Positions 49,287-60,721 of a DNA stretch of 64,000 bases are shown one piece after another. The stretch's first letter is position 1; every line of letters begins with the position of its first letter. Below the pieces are notes generated by a model. It had not been told where the DNA came from. It searched no databases and saw only the letters and a program-made list of their open reading frames with translations. The stretch comes from Octopus sinensis (lineage: Eukaryota): contig NC_043021.1 in NCBI RefSeq assembly GCF_006345805.1, positions 14,508,001 through 14,572,000 of the forward strand, read 5' to 3'. Made by a program: the position numbers and the translations under genes.

Positions 49287-51492
49287 ACACACACACACAC
49301 ACACATGATTGGTTTCCACACAGCCTCCATCTACCAAATTCACTGAAATGGCATTGTTTGGTCCCAGGGCTATAGCAGAAGACACTTACCCAAAGTAGCA
49401 TGCAGTGGGGCTGAACCCAAAAGCATAAGGGTTGCAAAATGAGCTTCTTAGCTAGATAACCATCCGTCCCTGCACCATGCAGGTACCCCGTGTAAACTTT
49501 ATGCTTTGCACATAAAAAGTGCCGGGCCAAAGTGATGTTTGTTAAAATTTTCCTGTCGACAAAATCATCCGCTAGTCTTGTTCTTTCGAAGACTAGAGGA
49601 ATTAAAACACCCTTACTTGAAAAACAGGTAAGGGTTAGTGACGGGAAGGGCATCCAGCATTCATCTAGCCCATGCTTGCATGAAAAAATGGATGTAAACC
49701 AAATGAAGTGCAATCGCGTGGTTTCAGGTTCAGTCCCACTACACAGCAGCTTGGGCAAATGTCTGCTAATGTAGCCCCAAGCTGATCAGTACATAGTGAG
49801 TGAATTTGGTAGCTGGAAACTGTGTGGAAGCTCATCGTGTATATGTATATATGTATGTATGTATATGGTGTATGCCTTTTTGTTTGTTTGTCCCCCACGT
49901 CTCCATAACTTAACAGTTAGGCAAAGGAGACCAACATAATAGGTACCAGGCTTAACCCTTTAGCATTTAAACCAGTCATATTTGGCCTCTTTTATGTTCA
50001 AACTGGCCAGCTCCAACATCTCATACCTACCCTACAATGTCATTCTAAAAATATACAATCACGTCATTGAAATCTCAAAGCTATAAGCAAAAGGCCTGAA
50101 ATTTGGTGGAGGGGGATAGCCGATTACATTGACCCCAGTACTCAACTGGTACTTAATTTATTGACCCCGAAAAGATGAAAGGCAAAGTCGACTGTGGCGG
50201 AATTTGAACTCAGAATGTAGCAACAGGCAAAATACTGTTATGCATTTTGCCCAGCGTGCTAACGGTTCTGCCAGCTCACCGCCTTCAAAGCTATTAGATA
50301 ATGCATGATTAATTCAAGACAATGAGAAGACAAGGTAATTCCTCAGCATGGCCACAATTCAAGACAACTGTTTCTGTCTCCCTGTCACACTCTAGCCTTT
50401 CATCACCTGGCACAAGATCCCTTCCTCCGATGACCCCTTCCCTCTCAAAGGATCTTTGTCTTGCAATTTACTTGGTGACCTTGCCAGCGCTGGTGCCATG
50501 CAAAAAGCGTCCAGTCCACATTGTAAAGTGGTTAGTGTTTGGAGGGGCTGTGGAAACCTTGCCAAAACTGATCTTGTCTATTGCTGGTGCCTCACAAAAA
50601 GCACTCGTTCCATTCTGCAGGGTGGTCAGCATTTGGAAGGACATCCAGCTATAAAAACCTTGCCAAAACTGACCTTGTCTGTTGCTGGTGCCTCCTAAAA
50701 AGCACTCATTCCATTCTGCAGGATGGTCGGCATTAGGAAAGTCATCCAGCTATAAAAGCTATGCTAAAACTAACCTTGCCTGTTTCTGGTGCCACTTAAA
50801 AAGCTCTCATTCCACTCTTCAGGGCGGTCGGTGTTAGGAAGGGCATCCAGCCATAAAAACCATGCCAAAACCAACCCTGAAGCCTGGTGCAGTCTTGTAC
50901 CCTGGCAGTTCCTGTCAAACTGTCCAACCCATGCCAGCATGGAACCTGGACATTAAATGATGGTGATGATGTTGATGAAAGCTTAATTGGTGAATTTGTA
51001 AATGTTATTCTGTGTCTGTTGGACTGTCTGAGAAAAAAAAATGAATGCTTGTTGGAGCGTCAGTGAAATGAAAGAGCTCGTGATGTGGCTTTGAAAATAA
51101 GTCAGCCTGTGTTTGTGAAATAACCTTATCTGGATTACCTGCTTGTGGAGTTGAATGTGTACTGGAATGATTGTGAAGCTGGATGCTGTTAAACTGTACC
51201 CAATAATCAATATTAATTCATTGGACTGCTCTCAAAAAGTCAAGTGGTTGCTACTCTTTGAAAACCTGTTGAATACAGCAATGTTTGTTTTGTTATTAAG
51301 CTTAATGTCAAACAGTTTATAGTTGCACACAATTATATATGTGTGTATTTATGTATATACATGTATAAACTTTATATATATATTTATATGTAGATATAGT
51401 TATAAATATGAATATATTAATAAAGTGTATGTAAATATTTTACTCAAGGTCTTTTTTATTTTTTCAATAAAATGAACATTCTAATTGTTATA

Positions 51493-52059
51493 TTGGGTTG
51501 TCTGGAAAGTTCGTACCGATTTATACTAGCTTACCTTTTGACTTATTTTAGAACATGGTTGAGTCCATAAAATAGGATTTGACTACACCTCCATTTAGTG
51601 CACAGTTTAAGCTATCTTTTCATGGAAGAAGGTTTATGTTCCTATAACCTGTGTTAATTCTGTAACCCTTTAAAATGGAAGATAAGAAAGTTCATTTTTG
51701 GCAATTGATGCTTTGGGAACCAGACAAAAATTGCTGCAACTCGGCTGGGATGTGTTAGCCACCCTCCAAATATTCACCAGATATTGCTCCTTTGGATTTC
51801 CACTTATTCAGTTCTCTGCAGAATAGTCTTAATGGTAAAAATTTCAATTCCTTGGATGACGTAAAAAGATACCTTGATGAATTCTTTGCCATGAAACCAC
51901 CTCAATTCTGGGAAGAGGGTATTTTCAAGTTAAAGGAAAGATTGAGATGCATTGTGCAACAAAATGGTTCATATTTGTTTGATTAAAAATGTAATGGCAA
52001 GTATTTATTGACCTTTTTCTTTCCTTTAAAAATCGGCACGAACTTTCCGGACAACCCAA
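51493..52059 (+). mobile_element. Internally deleted mariner (Hsmar1-like), TA-flanked
   Basis: TIRs TTGGGTTGTCTGGAAAGTTCGTACCGATT / AATCGGCACGAACTTTCCGGACAACCCAA; C-terminal DFHLFSSLQNSLNGKNF..FWEEGIFKL..NGSY. Confidence 0.9.
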
Positions 52060-52195
52060 TATTTTGGGATGGTATTTGTTTCTTTTTTTTTTTTTGCCAA
52101 ATAAACACATACACTATATATTCGTTTTTCACTTCAGATCTATTATTGTTCTTATATTTGTCGTTTGTTTGGACAGGGTGCCAAAGTGATTCTCA

Positions 52196-52980
52196 TTGAA
52201 TTGTGAGGTACTGAATGACCAGTTCAAAAGTGTCTTTACCAGCCTGTTGGAACACAGACAAGTGAATGAACCAGTGGCCTTCTTTGCCACCTCGCCTATA
52301 ACCAGCGAGGCAGTTACGATGGAATACATCGACATTAGCGAAGAAGATGTACTACTAGCGATAGATGAGGTGGATGCAAACTCAACTGCTGGTCCTGATG
52401 GTTTCCCAGCAATCATCTTCAAATCATGTACGCATGCCCTGGCAAAACTCCTCCATATTCTCTTCCAGAGCTTTGTTGCAAATGGCAGACCGCCAAGCAA
52501 GCTGAAGGAGGGAATAATATGCCCAATACATAAAGGGGGAAGTAGAGCAGATGCCAAAAACTATAGGCCTATCTCTGACTTCACACATCAGCAAAGTCAT
52601 GGAACGGATAGTCAGAGGGAAACTAATCACATTCCTTGAAGAAAATAATTTGCTGAGTTATACCCAGCATGGCTTTCAACCAAGTAGGAGCTGCCTGACC
52701 CAGCTCTTACAACATTATGACTGGGTGTTGAGGCAGTTACTCAACAACTCAAATGTGGATGTAATATACCTTGATTTTGCAAAAGCTTTCGATAAAGTGG
52801 ATCATGATATGATATGCCACAAACTGTGTGATCTCGGCATAGCTGGAAAACTTGGAGAGTGGTTACATAACTTTCTGAAAAGTCAGGCAGTGGTGGCCAA
52901 TGGAGCCACCTCAATGAAAACACAAATAGCGGTGTTCCACAGGGCACTGTCTTGGGACCACTGCTTTTTATAGTGACCAC
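52196..52980 (+). mobile_element. CR1/L2-group RT fragment, frameshifted
   Basis: GPDG, PIHKGG, NYRPIS|LTSHISKVMER, QHGF..RSC.TQL, YLDFAKAFDKVDH, GVPQGTVLGPLLF. Confidence 0.9.
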
Positions 52981-53268
52981 TAGGCCACACACAGTAATTA
53001 TATCCATCTATCTCTTGATCTGTCTATCTAGCAATCTATCTATCTATCTCTATATATATATATATATATATATACATTATTATATGTAGAAAAATACAAA
53101 CTGGGACAAGAACGTAAAACATTTAGAAGACGATACAAAAAACACGGATGGGACATTCGAAGCCTTCAATCTTCAGTCAAAAACCGGATCATCATAGCAA
53201 TTTCGGCTGATTTTTCAGAATGAGATAAAAAACCAAGGCTGTGAAGATTTTAGAACATTTATAAATAG

Positions 53269-53316
53269 GTCTTACAGCTGTTTCCAGGATATTTATTATA
53301 TCCCTTTATCGGAGAC
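53269..53316 (-). ncRNA. Degenerate minimal hammerhead in a Penelope-type remnant (about 53075-53390)
   Basis: GTCT CCGATAA AGGGATA..TATCCT G GAAAC AGCT GTA AGAC; palindromic ACAGCTGT, core CTGATGA changed to CCGATAA. Confidence 0.55.
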
Positions 53317-53687
53317 GGTATGAGAAAATTGTTAAGATATGGAATAGAGAGTGAAGTGAAGGAATGAAAATAGATGTGAGGTATACAGGGATACTCTTTT
53401 ACTTGTTTCAGTCATTTGACTGCGGCCATGCTGGAGCACCGCCTTTAATCAAGCAAATCGACCCCGGGACTTATGCTTTTGTAAGCCCAGTACTTATTCT
53501 ATCGGTCTCTTTTGCCGAACCGCTAAGTAACGGGGATATTTGATTTGTAGATCCATTATTTAGGCAGAATGGTATACATATAAGATTCCATTACCTTGTG
53601 AGTAAATTCCAATAGTACTTAAAATTGGTCATTCCAAAGCAATAGTTAATTTAGATAAGATATGGAATACACACACACAAAGATATA

Positions 53688-54205
53688 TGAGAGGGTACTG
53701 AAAAATTACTGGTTTTAAAGGTGTTGCAAAAAGCTTGATTAGAAGTCCAACCTTCCCAGTTCGTTTTACAGGACTTAGAAAAACTGAAGGACTGCTGCAG
53801 TAAGTATGTGAATCCGAGAGGGGAATATACTCTTTACTCTTTTACTTGTTTCGGCCATGCTGGAGCACCGCCTTTAATCGAGCAACTCGACCCCGGGACT
53901 TATTCTTTGTAAGCCTAGTACTTATTCTATCGGTCTGCATATATATATATATATATATATATACGACGGGCTTCTTTCAGTTTCTGTCTACCAAATCCAC
54001 TCACAAGGCTTTGGTCGGCCCGAGGCTATAGTAGAAGACACTTGCCCAAGGTGCCACGCAGTGGGACTGAACCCGGAACCATGTGGTTGGTAAACAAGCT
54101 ACTTACCACACAGCCACTCCTACGCCTATGTTGAAAAGATCATAATTAACTGATCCTCCCCTATTTTAGTTTACCCAAAGCCAAGAACTTTTCAGCACCC
54201 TCTTA
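53688..54205 (+). mobile_element. Same mariner MITE, interrupted by a family-A SINE (53828-54126)
   Basis: TIRs TGAGAGGGTACTGAAAAATTACTGG / CCAAGAACTTTTCAGCACCCTCTTA, with TA on both sides. Confidence 0.85.
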
Positions 54206-54358
54206 TAAGATGGGCTTTTATCTTCTGTCAACTAAATCCACTCACATGGCTTTGGTTGGCCCAGGGCTATAGTAAAAGATACTTGTACTTGCCCAAGGTG
54301 TCATGCAGTGGAGCCTAACCCAAAACCATGTTATTTTGAAGCAAGCTTCTCTTTTCTT

Positions 54359-54652
54359 AAAGGTTGGAGTTCAATTATATCGAACAGGTTGCCAGCCGAC
54401 GACTATTCACAGGCGCGATCCCACTACTGCTCGACACGGGGCCTTTTGCCTGCTGCGTTTCCGCTCTGGGCCGAAGCGACCCGCCTTAGACAACCTGGTC
54501 CTGATGAGCTCCCTCTCCAGCACCATATTGATGCCGAGCTTAGCGCAGACACCCGATCACCATAGAAGACCAACTGCCAGGACTCCCATCCTCAAACCGG
54601 TCAACCAACCAAGCCTCCGAGTAGCTGGATTACAGGAGCACGCCACACCACA
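54359..54652 (-). ncRNA. 7SL: 7SL / SRP RNA, near full length (gene or retropseudogene)
   Basis: The + strand carries blocks matching the reverse complement of human 7SL as I recall it: CTATTCACAGGCGCGATCCCACTACTG, CACCATATTGATGCCGA.CTTAG.GC.GACACCCGATC, GAGTAGCTGG.ATTACAGG. Helix 8 on the - strand reads CCCAGAGCGGAAACGCAGCAGG. Alu-domain helices can still pair (GGTTGG/CCAACC). Confidence 0.9.
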
Positions 54653-54808
54653 TTACCATGTCTGCATTCCACAAATTCTTCCTCAACGGCAAAGTGGCAG
54701 AGTCATTAGAGCACCATTAGAGCAGAATGCTTTGAGGTATTCGTTTCAACTCTCTGTAGTGACAGTTCAAATCCAGCCTTTCATCCTTTCTGGGATCAGT
54801 GGTAAAGT

Positions 54809-55187
54809 GGAAGCACTCCGTCGGTTGCGACGACGAGGGTTCTGGTTGATCCGATCAACGGGACAGCCTGCTCGTGAAATTAACGTGTAAGTGGCTGAGC
54901 ACTCCACAGACACGTGTACCCTTAACGTAGTTCTCGGGGATATTCAGCGTGACACAGAGAGTGACAAGGCCGGCCCTTTGAAATACAGTTACAACAGAAA
55001 CAGGAAGTAAGAGTGAGAGAAAGTTGTGGTGAAAGAGTACAGCAGGGATCACCACCATCCCTGCCGGAGCCTCGTGGAGCTTTAGGTGTTTTCGCTCAAT
55101 AAACACTCATAACGCCCGGTCTGGGAATCGAAACCGCGATCCTACGACCGCGAGTCCGCTGCCCTAACCACTGGGCCATTGCGCCTC
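54809..55187 (-). mobile_element. tRNA-derived SINE: head D plus tail E, with a 12-bp TSD
   Basis: TSD CAGTGGTAAAGT at 54797-54808 and 55188-55199. Confidence 0.88.
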
Positions 55188-56504
55188 CAGTGGTAAAGTA
55201 ACCAGTCCAAGGTAGTGGATTGGTAGAAAGAAGTGTGAAAACGTTGGAGCAAATGTCTTTTGGAAGTCGTCCTGTTTCTTTGCATTCTGAGTCAAAATAC
55301 CACCTTGGGCCTAGTTGGGTGGTAGACTTAACCAATCGTCGAGTTTAACACCACTGCCTGGCTCTTTGGGGGCTTTTGACTCTGTCACAAGCACACTAAG
55401 GCTGGGTTTCTCGTTTGCAGACACCGGCCCTGAGAGGGCCTGTGTATGGGCATTGCCTTGCTTTCTGAATAAAAGATTAAAAGGAAAAAAAAAAAAAAAA
55501 AAAAGAAGCGAAACATTGAAATACACAAGAACAAAAACAAAAACAAACAAAAAAAGTAGGGAGGAAACTCAACTTGAACTCACTATCATTACCCTCGGGA
55601 TTTAACCAATGCTTTAGCTGACTGAACTACACTGATAAATCAATTCGTTCGTCTTTCCTTCATTCTATCAGTTATGAGATAAGGAAACCTCCGGTTGAGC
55701 AAGCAACTCCCCAGAGTTTACTTAAAGGACAGGAGTCAGCAAAAACGACAACCACCCCCATCGACAATAAGACATTGCTTGCTATCAAGTGTTATTAAAT
55801 ATATAAGAGCCATCTGTTACGTATCGATGCCATTTGAGAAGCAATTAAGGAAAAGATAAATAATAATAATACGAGTGAAGACGACGGCGACGTTGACGAC
55901 GACGACGACGATGACGACGACGACGATGATAATGTCATCGTTCTTAAATAACTATGCTACAGTTAGGAGCTGAACTAAGTTTCAGCCTGGACGTTTGTTT
56001 TAAAACACGTTTGAACGAACTTACATATAACAGTCTCTAGGGAACGGACCTAATGGCAGGTGTAGCAGGAATTTATTCTCCATGAACGAAGAAGCTTTTA
56101 TTTACCAAAAAGAGAAAATCTCCAGTGATGTAAGCCGCCCGTTTTTCGGGGATTTTTCCTTCGTATTTTATTCCCCCAAACCTCCAATTGGTTTGTTTAT
56201 TTCGTCTTTGTATCCGCCTTTATTATGAAATGTCACATTTTTATTGCTGCTATTTGTCAAGCTCCAGTTTAAGCTCTATGATGAAAAAAAAAAAAAACGT
56301 TCCAGCCATGACCATCAAATGTTTTTATTCCGACACAACAGAGTAATCCAGGACTACATCATCCGATGTGTCCAACACGTTTTGTTTTTTTTGTATTTTG
56401 AGGATATTAAGGTATGTGATTTGAGGTAGATTTCGTCACCTTTTCGTTAGTTCATAATTGTTTTGTTTCTATCGAATCATTTCCTTCCCTCCTCTATCTA
56501 TCTG

Positions 56505-56542
<38 letters not shown>

Positions 56543-56755
56543 CATCCATCCGCCCACCCGGTTTACGGGCACCCAATTTAGAGGAATCCAAACTATTAGT
56601 TCTATCAACATGTTTCTTTATGTTTCCATGTCTGTTTTTCCATAAATCTCTTCCGTGGTAAACCCACCACAACCACAACCATTTGTGTAATTTATCCTTC
56701 GATCATCTTTTCCTCCACCCTTCTAGCATATAACAGAAATTATCCTCACTATTAA

Positions 56756-56795
<40 letters not shown>

Positions 56796-57487
56796 GCTTA
56801 TAACAGTTGACAAAAGCGAGTATTGGGGGTAACCAAGACAGTTTTTGTATCCAATTTAAATGCACCACATAGCACCATCGAGATGGAATTTCGGCTCCGC
56901 CAGAATTTCTTGTGTTGCTGTTCAACCCTAGGCTGGTTGCTATTGAGCAGAGCTTTGACTAAATTAAAGGCCTTCGAAGCATGACAAACCTGCAGTTTTA
57001 TATGTTTATTATTATTTCAGGAACGGTCTACCTTGGGTTACATTATCAAATGTATATGTAGTTTAAGGGACAGTTTTTTGTTTGTTATTTGTAGCAGTTC
57101 GGAACACCTCAGAGAGGTTTCCTTGTCTGTTCGTCCAACGCAAGGAATGTCACACTTGCGTCGGTTCCTCTTACCATTTCAAAGACAGCAAACACTGCAA
57201 AAACTACGATTTCAACTCCCAATTACGGTATGTGTCTCGGTTATGGAGGTGATTATTGTTGTTTAAAATCCGGGTTACAAATGATCCAGCATCCCTATGA
57301 TTAAAAGGAGTTTTCAGTCATAATGTATCTAGGACTATACCAACCAAAGCAACCTTGCGTTGTTTTATTCATTCATTATTTTTTTTTTTTTGTCTTGATT
57401 CCTAAAGACGGTAGGATATGATTCAAAGAAAATTTGGCTGCTATTTCGAGCAGCGCAAGCAACCACAGATGTTTCCACGATGTCTGA

Positions 57488-58210
57488 AAATGTGTGTGTG
57501 TGTGTGTGTGTACGTGCGTTTGTGTGGATGTGGTTGTGTGTCTTTCTGTATGTGCATGCGTGTTAGCCTGTATATATATATATATATATGTATATGTATA
57601 TGTGTGTGTGTGTGTGTGCATGCTTGTGTGTGTGTGTGTGTGCATGCTTGTATGTGTGTGTGTGCATGCTTGTATGTATGTGTGTGTGTGTGTGTGTGTG
57701 CATGCTTGTATGTGTGTGTGTGTGTGCATGCTTGTATGTGTGTGTGTGTGTGCATGCTTGTGTGTGCGTGTATGTATATGTGGGCATGCGTTCGTATTTT
57801 TTGTGTATACATGTCTGGGTGCGTGTGCATATATGTATGCATTATGTTTGTGCGTGCGTTTCATCATGTGTGTGTGTGTGTGTGTGTGTGTTCACACGTA
57901 TGTGTGACTGTGTGTAAGTGTGTTTGTGTGTACGTGTGGGTTTTGTTCATAGCTTTTTCTTCGACTTTAGCGACGTAAACGAAGTAAAAAGTAGGACAAG
58001 CTTTCGCCGAAAACTGAATTTCACTTTGGTACCCGGTTGCCCCAATAACTCACCCTGTTGTCGTTGCCTGTTTCACCACATGTCTACAGAATTGTGATCC
58101 GAGGAATTTCCGCTGTGACCATTTCGTCCTTCACCTATGCGCAAGGAACCCAAATATGCATTATCCAACTTTTTTTTTAATGTAAATATGTATGTTTGCA
58201 TGTATGTATG

Positions 58211-58242
<32 letters not shown>

Positions 58243-58632
58243 TGTATGTATGTATGTATGTATGTATGTATGTGTGTATGTATGTATGTGTGTATATGTG
58301 TGTATGTGTATGTATGTGTGTATATGTGTGTATGTGTATGTATGTATGTATGTATGTGTGTGTATGTATGTGTGTGTGTAGATAGGTAGGTATGCATGCA
58401 TTTATGTATGCACAGATGAATGTAGCTAGGCGTGCATGTATGTGTATGCGATATGTGTATGTATCTATAGGTATTTGTGTGTATGTGTGTATATATACAC
58501 ACACACACACACACACAACATATATATATATATATACACACACATACAGATATATCTATATATGTGTATGTGTGGATATATATATATATATATACACACA
58601 CATACAGATATATCTATATATGTGTATGTGTG

Positions 58633-58667
<35 letters not shown>

Positions 58668-58705
58668 AGATATATCTATGTATGTGTATGTGTGGATATA
58701 TATAT

Positions 58706-58743
<38 letters not shown>

Positions 58744-58745
58744 CT
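57488..58745. repeat. Compound (TG)/(TATG)/(TA) microsatellite fields around a short unique island (57960-58170)
   Basis: Seen directly. Confidence 0.9.
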
Positions 58746-58833
58746 TGATAACTGTAAGCACCTGTATATGCCAGTTAGTGGTGTAGGTGATAGGGTATAT
58801 TTATCAAAAGAAAAACAGGATGCAAAGGATTTA

Positions 58834-58920
58834 GCGGTACATATGTTTCTGGCTTTATTGGACAGTTTATATCAATGCATAATTGATGTAACATGTATGT
58901 CAATAGCCTTCTTCAGCCGC
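58834..58920 (-). ncRNA. Type I hammerhead ribozyme, near intact
   Basis: - strand: GCGG CTGAAGA AGGCT..AGCCA GAAA CATATG TA CCGC. Stem I is 4 GC pairs, stem III is the palindrome ACATATGT, the triplet is GUA, and 10.1/11.1 is an A-A mismatch. Confidence 0.72.
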
Positions 58921-60684
58921 GCACAATTACCACACCAAAGACATGTATTACATTATAGCAGGTTTGAGAAGTTTGGGAAAAAGACGAGTTTCGTTGGGGT
59001 TGCAAATCCTCATAGTCGTATACAGCAGAGCGAGACACCAAAACAAAAACAAAACGTCCATACCGTTTTTCACTCGATATAGAATGAGGAGGTTGGATGT
59101 TGAGGGAAGGAGTGGAAGGGGGTGAATCTTTAATGAGTTTGGGATCACAAAGAGGAAAAAAAATAAGTGCAAAATGTAATAAAAGAGTAAAAATGTAAAA
59201 AAATAAGTATATAAGTATATAAAGATAAAGAAGCGAAAAAATAAAAGACGAAAGATAAAAGTATAAAGGGATATAAAAGGGATATAAAAATAAAAAGGTG
59301 GCCCGTAAAGATAAAGTGATACTCTTTTACTCTTTTACTTATTTCAGTCATTTGACTGCGGCCATGCTGGAGCACCGCCTTTAGTCGAGCAAATCGACCC
59401 CGGGACTTATTCTTTGTAAGCCCAGTACTTATTCTATCGGTCTCTTTTTGCCGAACCGCTAAGTGACGGGGACGTAAACCCGCCAGCATCGGTTGTCAAG
59501 CAATGCTAGGGGTACAAACACAGACACACAAACATACACACACATACATATATATATACATATATACGACAGGCTTCTTTCAGTTTCCGTCTACCAAATC
59601 CACTCACAAGGCATTGGTCGGCCCGGGGCTATAGCAGAAGACACTTGCCCAAGATGCCACGCAGTGGGACTGAACCCAGAACCATGTGGTTGGTAGGCAA
59701 GCTACTTACCACACAGCCACTCCTGCGCCTATTATGTTTTTTTTTTTAATCTTTGTACTTCACATACAAGATTAGATAACTCTAAAATCAAACACATTAA
59801 TCGAACCATTGATATCTCTTTATCAATAAATGGTTTGTCGTGGGGGTAATTGACGAAGTAGAGTAAAAGTACAAAAAAAAAAAAAGACACACACGAACTA
59901 ACAAATGAGCCTCTACGTGGTACCTCGGCCTGCTAGAAATAGCAGCTAAATCTCTCACGAGCCACACCACCCTCTTCTCTTAAAAAATTAAGACTAAACA
60001 GAAAAATAAACAAGCCCCCCTTCCCCCCCAACAACAACAACTGTGGCTCACTCATGATAAAGAACTGATAATTCAGAGACAAGTGTTCAAATCCTATGGT
60101 TTGCTACAAAGCTTTTCTTTTATAAGCCCAAGGTTATTCTGGTGATTGAAGACAATAACATACAGATGCAGACGTGGGTGTGTGGTAAGAAGCCTGCTTC
60201 CTAACCACATGCTTCTGGGTTCAGTCCCACCGTGTGGCACCTTGCGCAACTTAGCAGTTCGGCAAAAGAGACCGATAGAATAAGTACTAGGCTTACAAAG
60301 AATAAGTCCTGGGAGTCGATTTCTTTGACTAAAGGCGGTGCTCCAGCATGGCCGCAGTCAAATGACTGAAACAAGTAAAAGAGTATAGCCTCAACCTGAC
60401 CAAAGCCTTGAGAGCGGATTTGGTTGATAGAAACTGAAAGAAGCCCTGTCATATGCGTGTGTGTGTGTTTTTTTCATCACCACTTTTCTGTTGGAGTCGG
60501 TTTGTTTACATCACAGTAACTTAGTGGTTTGATAAAAAGAAGAAAAAAAGAGATTGCCTTCTAACCACATGGTTCCAGGTTCAGTTCCACCTTTGTGGTT
60601 CCTTGGGCAAGTGTCTTCTACTTTAACCTCGGGCTTACCAAAGTCTTGTGAGTGGATTTGGTAGACAAAAACTGAAAAATCTGT

Positions 60685-60721
<37 letters not shown>

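Noticed and set aside
54303-54890. 195-aa ORF
   Set aside because: It spans the antisense 7SL and SINE sequence, so the open frame follows from GC content
58980-59020. GAAACTCGTC half-hammerhead on the - strand
   Set aside because: The core lacks G5 and stem I does not pair
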